64,000 nucleotides of DNA from Desulfatiglandales bacterium (GTDB lineage: Bacteria > Desulfobacterota > DSM-4660 > Desulfatiglandales > Desulfatiglandaceae). Of the stretch, positions 9,969 through 19,612 are shown piece after piece. The notes beneath the pieces were generated by a model. That model made no database searches, was not told the origin of the DNA, and worked only from the letters and a program-made list of their open reading frames with translations. Position 1 is the first letter of the stretch, and every line of letters starts with the position of its first letter. Where the stretch lies: the NCBI GenBank assembly GCA_963662465.1, contig OY759599.1:96001-160000 (forward strand), read 5' to 3'. Position numbers and translations under genes: made by a program.

Positions 9969-10100
9969 AAAATAAGATGAAACGAATAAGCAGCCCAGCG
10001 ACCCCAGCACCTGTACCATTTTTGAGTTTTCTGCAATCCTTCCTTTCGATTGCCCGCCAGAGTAACAACCACCTCCTCATCACACGAGATACCAAAACAA

Positions 10101-12098
10101 ATGAACCCATTAAATTCTGAAGAGACGAAATATGTCAGAGGAATTCCGTCCATTGTTCTGGGTGTTGTGGATTTCTGTTTGCTGAATCTGGCATTTTTTC
10201 TGCTGAATTACTGGAAACGGGGATCTTTTGAGTTGGCCCCAAAATATGGGAAGCTGCTGCTGGCCTTTTATGGGGTCTGGTTCCTGGTTTCCCTGGCCAA
10301 TAAGAAATTTCAGTGGCGGGAATACGCGGGGTTGGGTAGAGGGCTGTGGACCCTGGCCCGATGCGGGCTGTATCTGGCCTACTGTGTGGCCGTCATGGTA
10401 GTGATCATGGGCCTCTATGGCTATTCCAGGGGGCAGGTGTTCGGGACCTGCCTGGTGTTCGTGGGATTGGAAGGGGTCGTGTTCTGGGGTGTGTATTTCC
10501 TGCTTCGGCGGTCCAATGGGGGGGACGTAAGGCGGGAACCATTGATGGTGGAGCGCCCTGCCCGAATTTCCTGGCGGCTGATGGTGGTGGATTTTGTGCT
10601 GGTGGGGGTTTCCTTTTTCGTGGTCAATTATCTGAAACGGGACGGCTTTCATGTTCTTCCGGATTATGAGAAACTGCTGCTGTTGATTTATGGGTTGTGG
10701 TTCGTCTGTTCGCTGGCCACCCGGAAGTTTGAACGGCTGGATTACGTGAATTACTACCATGGCCTCTGGCCGTGGATCAAGGCGATGATTCTGTTGGCCT
10801 TTTCCATGGGGGTGATGGTTTTTTTGTTTCGGTTTCGGTATTTTTCAAGAACCCAGGTGTTCGGGCCCATGGTCGTGCTGATGGTGTTGGAGACGGTTTT
10901 CTACCGGTTTTATTTTGAGCGCAAAAAACGGGTCGGCGCCGAGGGGGATATTGAATCCGCTGATACAGTGTCCCGCATCCTGAAGCAGGAACCGTTGACG
11001 GTGGAAACGGATCTGGAGGCCCTGAAGCAGGCGTTTTTGTCGCCCATTCGAGAACGGTTGCGGGATCGGTACCTGAAAAATCATTCGGGGCTGTTTTCGC
11101 TCATGGACCGGTCCATGGATCTGGCGGGCATTTTAAGGGCGGAAACGGCCATTCGAAACAGCAGTGAAATGCTCTATTCCGATACGGTGGGCGAGCGATA
11201 CATGCGGCTGTTCGTTAACCTGCGGAAGATCAATGATATTCGTTATATCAACCAGTATTTTCTGGCGGTGCACAATTTGTTGATTCCCGGGGGGTACCTG
11301 GTGGGGCGCGCCCATACCCTTGCCACCCATCGGGAATGGATGATCCGGAAGTTTCCGCGGCAACTGGCCAATGCCCTGTACGCAGTGGATTTTCTGTTTA
11401 ACCGGGTGATGCCCAAACTTCCATGGGTCAAGCAGGTTTATTTTTCCGTGACCAGGGGGAAGAACCGGGTCATGAGCCGATCGGAGTTGCTGGGCCGGCT
11501 TTGTTTCTGCGGGTTTGAGATTGTGGGGGAAGAAGATATTGACGAACGGTTCTGTTTTGTGGTGCGAAAGGCCAAAACCATCTCCATGGTGGAAAATCCG
11601 TCTTATGGTCCTCTGGTGGGGTTTAACCGGATCGGGGCCGGCAATAAACCCATTCGAACCTATAAATTCCGGACCATGCACCCCTATTCCGAATTTTTGC
11701 AGGATTATGTGTATGAGAAAAGCGGCCTTCAGAAGGGGGGAAAGCTGGAGAATGATTTTCGCATTACGGTCTGGGGAAAGGTGATGCGGAAACTCTGGCT
11801 GGACGAGCTGCCCATGCTGTACAACTGGGTGCGGGGGGAGCTGCAGATCTTTGGGGTGCGGCCGTTGAGCGCGCACTATTTCAGTTTGTATCCAGAAGAT
11901 TTGCAGGAATTGAGGGGGCGGGTGAAGCCGGGGCTGGTGCCGCCGTTTTATGCGGATATGCCGGTGACGTTTGAGGAGATTTGTGAGTCGGAGCGGCGGT
12001 ATATTCTGGCTTATTTGGAGCGGCCGGTTTGGACTCAGGTTAGGTATTTTTGGAAGGCTTTTTATAATATTGTGTTTCGGGGGGCTCGGAGCGGGTAG
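10101..12098 (+). CDS. Sugar transferase (priming phosphoglycosyl transferase family) with a long membrane N-terminus
   Basis: C-terminal YKFRTMH..D.RIT..G..MRKLWLDELPMLYNWVRGELQIFGVRP; internally duplicated TM block. Confidence 0.85.
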   Translation: MNPLNSEETKYVRGIPSIVLGVVDFCLLNLAFFLLNYWKRGSFELAPKYGKLLLAFYGVWFLVSLANKKFQWREYAGLGRGLWTLARCGLYLAYCVAVMVVIMGLYGYSRGQVFGTCLVFVGLEGVVFWGVYFLLRRSNGGDVRREPLMVERPARISWRLMVVDFVLVGVSFFVVNYLKRDGFHVLPDYEKLLLLIYGLWFVCSLATRKFERLDYVNYYHGLWPWIKAMILLAFSMGVMVFLFRFRYFSRTQVFGPMVVLMVLETVFYRFYFERKKRVGAEGDIESADTVSRILKQEPLTVETDLEALKQAFLSPIRERLRDRYLKNHSGLFSLMDRSMDLAGILRAETAIRNSSEMLYSDTVGERYMRLFVNLRKINDIRYINQYFLAVHNLLIPGGYLVGRAHTLATHREWMIRKFPRQLANALYAVDFLFNRVMPKLPWVKQVYFSVTRGKNRVMSRSELLGRLCFCGFEIVGEEDIDERFCFVVRKAKTISMVENPSYGPLVGFNRIGAGNKPIRTYKFRTMHPYSEFLQDYVYEKSGLQKGGKLENDFRITVWGKVMRKLWLDELPMLYNWVRGELQIFGVRPLSAHYFSLYPEDLQELRGRVKPGLVPPFYADMPVTFEEICESERRYILAYLERPVWTQVRYFWKAFYNIVFRGARSG

Positions 12099-12101
12099 AT
12101 T

Positions 12102-12180
12102 ATCTCGCGCAGAGCCGCAGAGGCGCAGAGAGGGAAAGGATTTTTTGTTTTTTCTTTGCGACTTAGCGTCTTTGCGCGAG
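12102..12180. repeat. Family B hairpin
   Basis: tctcgcgcagagccgcagaggcgcagag ... ctttgcgacttagcgtctttgcgcgag. Confidence 0.9.
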
Positions 12181-12231
12181 GTGATTTTTGGTTTCTTTGC
12201 GGGAGAGTGAGGGGGCGGGCGGTGGTCTGTA

Positions 12232-12546
12232 ATGAAAAATCGATCTGACAGTATTCTCGCGGTCGTTCATGAGACCGCAAAAGGTTTGCGCGATGCGGGT
12301 ATTATGAATGAAATAACCATGCGTGAATTTGATACGCTATGTCTGTTTCCCGTTAAGACATATCAACCACGGGAAATTAAAGAGATACGGTTGCGCCATC
12401 GGGTTAGCCAGGCGGTATTCGCTGCCTACCTGAATGTAAGCAAGACTTCTGTGGCAAGCTGGGAGTCGGGCGGGAAAAAACCCGGCCCAGCGGCAGCCAA
12501 GCTCCTTAGCTTGGTGGATCGAAAAGGCATTGACGCAGTTGCCTGA
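12232..12546 (+). CDS. Orphan HigA-like XRE antitoxin
   Basis: TMREFDTLCL..SQAVFAAYLNVS..WESGGKKPG; no intact toxin upstream. Confidence 0.85.
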   Translation: MKNRSDSILAVVHETAKGLRDAGIMNEITMREFDTLCLFPVKTYQPREIKEIRLRHRVSQAVFAAYLNVSKTSVASWESGGKKPGPAAAKLLSLVDRKGIDAVA

Positions 12547-12562
12547 TCTAAAAAAGAAGTAA

Positions 12563-12638
12563 CTCGCGCAGAGACGCCAAGACGCAAAGAAGAGAAGTTT
12601 TTATTGTTTTTCTCTGCGCCTCAGCGTCTCTGCGCGAG
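12563..12638. repeat. Family B hairpin, left flank of GxxExxY gene 1
   Basis: ctcgcgcagagacgccaagacgcaaag ... ctctgcgcctcagcgtctctgcgcgag. Confidence 0.92.
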
Positions 12639-12652
12639 AATATAGGTTTTTT

Positions 12653-13036
12653 ATGACGGAAAATGAGATTGGGACGATTGTGGTTGATGCGGCTGTGAAG
12701 GTTCATATGGCGCTGGGTCCGGGTCTTTTGGAAAGCGTCTACGAGATTGTTCTCGCTCATGAGCTTTCAAAGAGGGGACTGCATGTGGAAAGGCAGATTC
12801 CCATTCCCATACAATATGATCGGATCAAGTTTGATGAAGGTTTTAGGGCAGATATCATTGTAGAAAAAAAAGTAGTGCTTGAACTGAAATCTGTTGAGAA
12901 GATTACGCCTGCGCATAAGAAACAGATTCAAACATATCTTCGGCTTACGGGTTGCAGGCTGGGGTATCTGTTGAATTTCGGTGCGGCTTTGATGAAACAG
13001 GGTATTACCAGGGCTGTCAATAATCTTGAAGAATAA
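12653..13036 (+). CDS. GxxExxY protein (PD-(D/E)XK fold)
   Basis: LGPGLLESVYE, FRADIIVE..VVLELKS, QTYLRLTG..LGYLLNFG. Confidence 0.93.
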   Translation: MTENEIGTIVVDAAVKVHMALGPGLLESVYEIVLAHELSKRGLHVERQIPIPIQYDRIKFDEGFRADIIVEKKVVLELKSVEKITPAHKKQIQTYLRLTGCRLGYLLNFGAALMKQGITRAVNNLEE

Positions 13037-13040
13037 ATTA

Positions 13041-13123
13041 TCTCGCGCAGAGACGCAGAGGCGCAGAGAGAAAAAGGGCTTTTTTTGTTTTTTTTCTTAG
13101 CGCCTTGGCGTCTTTGCGCGAGA
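13041..13123. repeat. Family B hairpin, right flank of GxxExxY gene 1
   Basis: tctcgcgcagagacgcagaggcgcagag ... cttagcgccttggcgtctttgcgcgaga. Confidence 0.92.
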
Positions 13124-13536
13124 ATAGAGAGACTTTGTGCGAGAAATCTAAAAACTGGCCCGGGCGGGTGTTGGTGGCGTCTTATGTATTGATTGCCATT
13201 GCCGCGGTTGTCCCATACGGTTCCAAAGTTCAAAGTGTTTCAGTGGTATCCATCGGGCTTGACAAGATTGTCCACTTTATCGGTTTTGCGTGCATGGCGG
13301 TGTTTTCCCTGGGTGCCGGAAGAGGCGGTCCCTTTTGGAAGAAGATTTTTCTTGTTTTTATGGTGCTGGTTTTCGGTGTCTTAATTGAATTTGTCCAATA
13401 TTATTTGTCTTATCGAACCTTCAACCCGGTGGATATCGCCGCCAATCTTTTTGGGATGCTTTTTGGGATTTTGGTGTGGTATCTTTTCCTGGCGCGTGTT
13501 TTGAGAAGACGTGCGGAGAAGGGCCTTCCGGGTTAG
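13105..13536 (+). CDS. vanZ: VanZ-family membrane protein (start uncertain)
   Basis: DKIVHFIGF, IEFVQ....RTF...DIAANLFG. Confidence 0.8.
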   Translation: MASLRENRETLCEKSKNWPGRVLVASYVLIAIAAVVPYGSKVQSVSVVSIGLDKIVHFIGFACMAVFSLGAGRGGPFWKKIFLVFMVLVFGVLIEFVQYYLSYRTFNPVDIAANLFGMLFGILVWYLFLARVLRRRAEKGLPG

Positions 13537-13569
13537 ATGACTACGGTTCTTGTTTAAGTAAATAAAATG

Positions 13570-13596
13570 GCCGGCCTTTGGGTCGGCTTTTTTTTT
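13570..13596 (+). terminator. Intrinsic terminator
   Basis: gccggcc-tttg-ggtcggc followed by T9. Confidence 0.7.
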
Positions 13597-13731
13597 GATC
13601 CACAGATTACGATCCACAGATTACGCAGATTACGCAGATTACAGACCTCAATATTCTGACAGGATTAACAGGATTAACAAGATAAAAGAACATGGATGTA
13701 AGTATCCTGTAAATCCTGTAAATCCTGTCAA
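13597..13731. repeat. Family A tract followed by an inverted pair of family E (9-mer CAGGATTAA)
   Basis: gatccacagattac x2, gcagattac x2; tgacaggattaacaggattaacaagata ... tatcctgtaaatcctgtaaatcctgtca. Confidence 0.9.
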
Positions 13732-13768
13732 AAAACAATGGGGAAGCAGGTAGCGGGGAGGGAGCATT

Positions 13769-16441
13769 ATGATAAGGATTTTTTGGTTGGGATTGTTGTG
13801 TTTGGTTTTACCGAATGTGGCAACGGGTGAGGTGGTAAAAGGGATTTACGGGGTGCCGTCTATTGCGGAACGGGACCCCTCGAGTTATGTGGGAGATATG
13901 GAAAAGGCCGGGGTGAATGCCGTTTTTGTGAAGCCGGATCGGGATACGGTGAAATGGTTCAAGGACAGAGGGTTTCAGGTGTTTGTTTCCATTGATGCTT
14001 ATGGTGGGTCGCGGGCATGGAAACAATTTCCGGATTCCCGTCCGGTGTTGGCGGATGGGTCTCTTTTGGGGGAAAACCCGGAATATGCCTGTCATGGTGG
14101 CGCATGCCCGAGCCATGAGGGGTGGCAGCGGGAGAGGCTTTCATATATCGCTGGATTGATCAAGGATTTCGAGGGGCAGGGTTTGTTCATTGATGGGATC
14201 TGGCTGGATTATATTCGGTATCCGGGTCGGTGGAGCGTTTTGGATCCGAAGATTCCGGATACCTGTTACTGCGAGAGATGTTTGGGTAAATTTTCAAAAG
14301 AGATGGGGATTGAGTTTCCCATAGGGTTCTCGCGCAGAGACGCAAAGACGCAGAGAAGGGAAGAAGGGCAGAGGTCGGATGTCAGCGGTTGGGCCGTGGA
14401 GGACGAAAAAGATGGGATGATTGGATGGGTGGCAGGGAGCAACACAAAGGAGGTGTCTCGGTGGATCAAAGAGAACTGTCCTTATGAGTGGATGGTGTGG
14501 AAGAAACGGCAGATTAACGGTTTTGTGGAAAAAGTGAGGGGGGTGTTGAATGAGAAATCGCCGGATCGCCGACCACTTTTAGGAATTTTCCTGGTTCCCT
14601 GGACAAAAGGGGAAAGGGGGAACGGGGTTTCCTACAGCTTTGCTCAGGATGGGTTTGAACTGGCGAAATATGCGGATGTGATTTCGCCCATGGTGTATCA
14701 CAAGAAGGTGGGGCGGTCGGAAGCGTGGGTGGGGGTTATGACCCGGTATTATGAGGAGCGGGTTTCGTGCGAGGTTTGGCCGATTGTTCAGGCCATGGAT
14801 TGCACGGTTGAGGAATTTGCGGCGGTTATGCGGTATGCTGGTGAGGGAGGGGCGGATGGCGTTCTGGGGTTTCCGTTTAGGGCTGTGGAGAAGGCGGGGT
14901 TGTGGGAGGGGTTTCGGGGATTTAACCGGGCGGTGAATTTGCTCAAATCCACAGATTACGTGGATTACAGTGATAAGAAGGTAAGAGGATTAGAAGGTGA
15001 GAAAGTTAGTGAAGAAAGTGGGGTGATTGAGATTCGGCCCGAGTATGGGGAATGTGGGGAGTGGGTGGTTCCGTTGCGGGGTTGTGAGGCGGGGGTCGTC
15101 TATGAGTTTCGGGGGGAATTTTGGCAGCGGGTTTGGGAGAATGGGGCTTATCCGATGGTGTTGCTTTGGGGGAGGGAGTTTTTATTGAATACACACTGGA
15201 AGAGCAAGGTGTTTCAACCGCTGCGGGTGTATGTGAGGTGTCCGGGTGAGGTGAGGGATCAGACGTTTCGGTTTAAGAACTGCAACCCCGAGAAAGAAAT
15301 ACGGATGCGTAATCCTGAGTTGAGGCGGTTTTATGGGTTTGCTCCGGAACCGGGCGTGCCTTTGAAGCGGGATTTTTTTGATGAACATTTTTTCCCCATC
15401 GGGGTTTATGGGGCCAACCTGAAAAACCTGGAGGAGATTAAAAAGCTGGCCATCAATACGGTGGTGCTGGGTGGGACGGGAAAAAAGCTCAGGGAACAGG
15501 TGGAAAAGTGTCATGAGGTGGGGTTGCGGTATGTGCTGTCGACGCCCCATGATCCGGATCGGTTGCCGGTGTATCTGGATCAGATTTCGGGGTATGTGAG
15601 GCCTTACGATATGGCGTTTTATGTGAATGATGAACCGGGGATTCATTCGTTTCCGACGGGGAAGGCGGTGGATGTGAACCGGTTGATCAAGGAACGGTTT
15701 CCGGATTGTGCCACCTGTATGGCCATTGTGCGGCCGCAGGTGTGTGGGGAGTATAAGGATGGGGCCGATTTCTTCATGCTGGATCAGTATCCGGTACCGT
15801 TTATGCCATTTGGGTGGCTTTCCGATAGTATGGATTATTGTGCGGCGTGTTTGGGATCCGCAGATTACGCAGATTACGCGGATTACACTGAAAAGAAGGT
15901 TAAAGGTTTAGCAAGGGGTCGGCTGGCGGCGGTGATTCAGGCATTTGGGGGAGAAACGCGTTTTGATCATCCGAGGTTGCCGACTTGGCAGGAGATGGAT
16001 TGTCTGGCGTTTTTGTCGGTGGTGCATGGGTCGCGGGGGATTTTCTTTTATACGTATTCGTGGATCGGGAAGACGGAGGAGGGTCGGGAACGGCTGGGTC
16101 GGGTGGTGGGCCGGTTGAACCAGGTGTACCCGTGGCTGGTGGTGGAGAATTCAGGGGAGAAGGTTGGGGTGGAGATGCTTTCGGGCAATCGGTTTGATCC
16201 GAAGGGACGGGCGGCGGTGCAGTGTTGTCTTAAGCGGAAAGGGGATGAATTGATGGTGTTTGCGGTGAATACTATTGGAACTGGGGTGGAGTGTTTGCTA
16301 GAGGCTGAGAAGGTTAGAGGTTTAGAAGGTAAGAAGGTTAGTGAGGTGTTTTCGGGGGAGGATTATGTGGTTCGGGATGGGAAGATTCGGGTTCGGCTGG
16401 GGCCTTATGGGGTCAAGGCTTTTATCCACAGATTACACTGA
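13769..16441 (+). CDS. Secreted glycoside-hydrolase-like protein, probably two TIM-barrel domains, with several in-frame repeat inserts
   Basis: Signal peptide; DGIWLDYIRYPG, DVISPMVYH; second domain FFPIGVY..YVNDEP..LDQYP. Confidence 0.65.
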   Translation: MIRIFWLGLLCLVLPNVATGEVVKGIYGVPSIAERDPSSYVGDMEKAGVNAVFVKPDRDTVKWFKDRGFQVFVSIDAYGGSRAWKQFPDSRPVLADGSLLGENPEYACHGGACPSHEGWQRERLSYIAGLIKDFEGQGLFIDGIWLDYIRYPGRWSVLDPKIPDTCYCERCLGKFSKEMGIEFPIGFSRRDAKTQRREEGQRSDVSGWAVEDEKDGMIGWVAGSNTKEVSRWIKENCPYEWMVWKKRQINGFVEKVRGVLNEKSPDRRPLLGIFLVPWTKGERGNGVSYSFAQDGFELAKYADVISPMVYHKKVGRSEAWVGVMTRYYEERVSCEVWPIVQAMDCTVEEFAAVMRYAGEGGADGVLGFPFRAVEKAGLWEGFRGFNRAVNLLKSTDYVDYSDKKVRGLEGEKVSEESGVIEIRPEYGECGEWVVPLRGCEAGVVYEFRGEFWQRVWENGAYPMVLLWGREFLLNTHWKSKVFQPLRVYVRCPGEVRDQTFRFKNCNPEKEIRMRNPELRRFYGFAPEPGVPLKRDFFDEHFFPIGVYGANLKNLEEIKKLAINTVVLGGTGKKLREQVEKCHEVGLRYVLSTPHDPDRLPVYLDQISGYVRPYDMAFYVNDEPGIHSFPTGKAVDVNRLIKERFPDCATCMAIVRPQVCGEYKDGADFFMLDQYPVPFMPFGWLSDSMDYCAACLGSADYADYADYTEKKVKGLARGRLAAVIQAFGGETRFDHPRLPTWQEMDCLAFLSVVHGSRGIFFYTYSWIGKTEEGRERLGRVVGRLNQVYPWLVVENSGEKVGVEMLSGNRFDPKGRAAVQCCLKRKGDELMVFAVNTIGTGVECLLEAEKVRGLEGKKVSEVFSGEDYVVRDGKIRVRLGPYGVKAFIHRLH

Positions 16442-16452
16442 TTACGGGGATT
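16424..16452 (+). repeat. Family A arm, left flank of GxxExxY gene 2
   Basis: atccacagattacactgattacggggatt; also supplies the stop codon of the upstream gene. Confidence 0.88.
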
Positions 16453-16455
16453 AGG

Positions 16456-16827
16456 ATGGAAGATGAGAGGTCTTATAAGGTTATTGGGGCTGCTATGGAG
16501 GTGCATAAGGGGTTAGGTTGTGGTTTTCTTGAAGCAGTGTACCAGGAGGCACTTGAGAGGGAGTTTAGAATTCAGGGAATTCCTTATATTTCGCAGTATG
16601 AGATTCAAATTGTTTACAAAGGGGTCGTACTGAACAAAACGTATATCGCGGATTTTGTTTGTTATGAAAAAATAATTGTGGAAATTAAAGCTTTATCAAA
16701 AATGTCTGGTATTGAGGCTGCGCAGGTCATAAACTACCTGAAAGCGTCAAATTTTAAGATAGGTCTTCTTCTCAATTTTGGAGCCAAATCCCTGGAATAT
16801 AAACGCTTCATCCATAACAATCAGTAA
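16456..16827 (+). CDS. GxxExxY protein (PD-(D/E)XK fold)
   Basis: LGCGFLEAVYQEAL, YIADFVCYEKIIVEIKA, QVINYLKA..GLLLNFG. Confidence 0.93.
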   Translation: MEDERSYKVIGAAMEVHKGLGCGFLEAVYQEALEREFRIQGIPYISQYEIQIVYKGVVLNKTYIADFVCYEKIIVEIKALSKMSGIEAAQVINYLKASNFKIGLLLNFGAKSLEYKRFIHNNQ

Positions 16828-16858
16828 AATCCGTGTAATCTGCGTAATCTGCGGATCC
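16828..16858 (-). repeat. Inverted family A arm, right flank of GxxExxY gene 2
   Basis: aatccgtgtaatctgcgtaatctgcggatcc; its reverse complement matches the solo arm at 652-681. Confidence 0.92.
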
Positions 16859-16875
16859 TAATCAGTGGGTAAAAA

Positions 16876-19119
16876 ATGGAAAAAGCAGCATACATCATAT
16901 ACCTAACCATCCTCCTCCTCAGCATCTTCATGTTCGGGGCGGTGCATACCTACATGTACACCCTGATGACCCTTGGGGTGTTGGCGGCGACTGTTTTCCT
17001 TCTTTGGAAGAATGTTCGGAAGGACTACAAAAGCAGGGAATACCGGTTTCGGGTGCCCCGGAACAGTTTGCATGTGGGGTTTGCGGTGCTGCTGGGATTC
17101 CTGGTTTTACAGATGGTTCCCCTGCCTTCTTTTGTGGTGGATTTTCTGTCGCCGGAAGCATCGGTGGTGGCTGAAAAATCGTTTTCGGCGGTGGAATTGG
17201 TGAATAGCCCTGAGGCGGAAAAGCCGTGGTTTTTCCTTGCGGCCTATGGGTATCCGGTTCGCATGTCGATGGTTCGGTTTGTGGTTTACGGGTTGTTTTT
17301 CTTTGGTTTCCTTCAGACCCTTCAGTCACGCAGGCGAATTAATGTGGCGGTTTCGTTTCTGTTGGCCATGGGGTGTTTTGAGGCCCTGTATGGGCTCATG
17401 GAGACCTATTCCGGGTCGCACAAGGTGTTGTGGTACACCATGAATTATGCCAAAGAACGGGTGAAAGGCACTTTTATCAATGGCAATCATTTTGCCGCTT
17501 ACATGGCCATGGGCGTGGTTCTGGCGGCGGCCTTTGCGGGGGCCATTGCGCCGGAAAAACGTGTCAGCCGAAATAATTCCAGACGGAAGCCAAGTCTGAG
17601 TGCAAGGGTCGCCTCTTTTCTGGAAGGGGAAGAGGCTTTGTTCAAGCGGGTTCTGGTGGGGTTTTCCGGGGTGCTGATGGGGATCGGGTTGATCTTTTCA
17701 GCCTCCCGGGGCGCTATTTTGAGCTGGGCCGGGGCTATGTTTCTGATGGGGTTGCTGCTGGTTTTGCGGAAACAATATCGACGAAAAGGGGTTTTGCTTA
17801 TCGGTATTTTTCTGTTGATTTGCGGTTATGCGGTTCAAATCGGTGTGGAGTATCCTCTGGAGCGGTTTATGAAGATGGAATCGGGGATGGAAAGCCGGTC
17901 GCGCTATGCCGCCAGGACCATGGACCTTTTTGAGGATTTTCAAGTGGCCGGCGTGGGGGTCGGGAATTTCCAATATGCGTTTCCCAAATACCAGTCGGAG
18001 AAAGATAAGAAAAAGTACTATATTTTTGCGCATAATGACTGGGCCCAATATATGGCGGAGGCGGGTATTTTAGGGCTGGGCTTGTTGCTGGGTGGGGTCG
18101 GGTATTACCTTTTCAAGACCCTCAAGCTGTGGGCCAGGCGGAAGGATGCCTATGCGGTGTGCCTGGGGGTGGCGCCGGTTGTGGCACTTGTTTATATCGG
18201 CCTGCATTCCTATGTGGAATTTACGCTGCATACTCCGGCAAACGTGCTCATTCTGTTGTCCATCATGGCCATCGGGCATGCGGCCCTTCATTTGGAACGG
18301 CATCATCGGCGGGATGTGATGAGTTACCGGTATTACAATCTTCCTTTGAAATATAAGGGCGGGGTGGTGTTGCTGTTGATTCTGGGACTGATCGGGTGGA
18401 CGGGGTATTGGAGTATTCGGCATTTCATGGGGGAGGTGTATTGCAATACGGTGCCTAACAGCACCTTGAACCGGGATAAGCGGCCGCCGGTGGGCGAGGT
18501 GGTGCGGGCGGTTGAGTGGGATTCGGGGAATGCTGCTTACTGGTTTAAGCTTGGATCCGCAGATTACGCAGATTACACAGATGGAAAAGGAAAAGATGTC
18601 TCGCGCAAAGGCGCAAAGGCGCAAAGAGGGGAAAGGCAGGGGTCAGAGGTCAGAAGTCTGAAGTCAGAGGACAGAGGTCTGAAGTCGGTAACAGAAATCG
18701 GCGAAAATCTGTGTAATCTGCGGATAATGGCTTTGGAGAGATCTGTGGAACTGAATCCTTTTGACGCGCAGTACCATCTTCGGTTGGGGTGGGAATATGC
18801 GCATTTGTGGCAGGAAAAGGATTATCATGTGAGATGGCTGCCGGCGGCGGATATCAGCATGGATCGGGCGGCTTATTTTGCGGGGGTGAAGAACCCGCAC
18901 CTGCATCAAGAACTGGGGAATTACTGGACCATGCGGAGCAGGTCGGTGATGCCCAATGATCCATTGCACCATGAGGCGTGGGCGAAGGCTTGTTGGCATT
19001 ACCACAAAGCGCAAAGTCTTGAGACAGGAGGGGCGTTGAAGCGGATGAAGAAGGAAATACGGGGGTATGTTTGGAATTTTTATCCGGATGAAGACTATAT
19101 CGCGCAAGTAATCAATTAG
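16876..19119 (+). CDS. O-antigen ligase (Wzy_C) family membrane protein with TPR-like C-terminus
   Basis: GTFINGNHFA, SASRGA, GVGVGNF, AHNDWAQYMAEAGILG, many TM helices. Confidence 0.85.
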   Translation: MEKAAYIIYLTILLLSIFMFGAVHTYMYTLMTLGVLAATVFLLWKNVRKDYKSREYRFRVPRNSLHVGFAVLLGFLVLQMVPLPSFVVDFLSPEASVVAEKSFSAVELVNSPEAEKPWFFLAAYGYPVRMSMVRFVVYGLFFFGFLQTLQSRRRINVAVSFLLAMGCFEALYGLMETYSGSHKVLWYTMNYAKERVKGTFINGNHFAAYMAMGVVLAAAFAGAIAPEKRVSRNNSRRKPSLSARVASFLEGEEALFKRVLVGFSGVLMGIGLIFSASRGAILSWAGAMFLMGLLLVLRKQYRRKGVLLIGIFLLICGYAVQIGVEYPLERFMKMESGMESRSRYAARTMDLFEDFQVAGVGVGNFQYAFPKYQSEKDKKKYYIFAHNDWAQYMAEAGILGLGLLLGGVGYYLFKTLKLWARRKDAYAVCLGVAPVVALVYIGLHSYVEFTLHTPANVLILLSIMAIGHAALHLERHHRRDVMSYRYYNLPLKYKGGVVLLLILGLIGWTGYWSIRHFMGEVYCNTVPNSTLNRDKRPPVGEVVRAVEWDSGNAAYWFKLGSADYADYTDGKGKDVSRKGAKAQRGERQGSEVRSLKSEDRGLKSVTEIGENLCNLRIMALERSVELNPFDAQYHLRLGWEYAHLWQEKDYHVRWLPAADISMDRAAYFAGVKNPHLHQELGNYWTMRSRSVMPNDPLHHEAWAKACWHYHKAQSLETGGALKRMKKEIRGYVWNFYPDEDYIAQVIN
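18552..18726 (+). repeat. In-frame nested insert A-B-C-A(inverted) inside the ligase gene
   Basis: Translates as GSADYADYTD..SRKGAKAQR..QGSEVRSLKSEDRGLKS..ENLCNLRI. Confidence 0.88.
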
Positions 19120-19351
19120 AAAAATTACCCATTTCGGCTCAAGGCCGTTTTGGGTAAAGGATCAAGGAGAAAGACCTTATTTAGAAGGGGCTGAACCGCT
19201 TAAATTTGGCATGGTTGCTCGGCGTGAGAGATAGGGCGTGTTTTGATACACCTTGAAATCAGTTGGTATGAATTGATTTAACGCTTGCGCTCCGGTTCTT
19301 TATGTTATATTTTTGTATAACTATCGTCAAGCGAATGCAAGGAGGAATCAA

Positions 19352-19612
19352 ATGATAAGTGTAACACTGAGAAAGCTTGGTGGATCGGTTGTAATGGCTG
19401 TCCCTGTGCAGATTCTGACTATGCTGAATATCGGTGCCGGGAGCCATGTGAATGTGAATGTTGTAGACGGTAAGTTGGTCATTGAGCCCAGGGCTAAACC
19501 GCATTTCACGCTTGCCGAACTGCTGGCCCAGTGCAGCGATGAAAACATGGCGCTAACCGATGAGGATCGCGAGTGGCTCGATACCCGGCCGGTCGGTAAG
19601 GAAATGCCATGA
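19352..19612 (+). CDS. mazE: AbrB/MazE-family antitoxin
   Basis: TLRKLGGSVVMAVP..FTLAELLAQC..W....PVGKE. Confidence 0.9.
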   Translation: MISVTLRKLGGSVVMAVPVQILTMLNIGAGSHVNVNVVDGKLVIEPRAKPHFTLAELLAQCSDENMALTDEDREWLDTRPVGKEMP

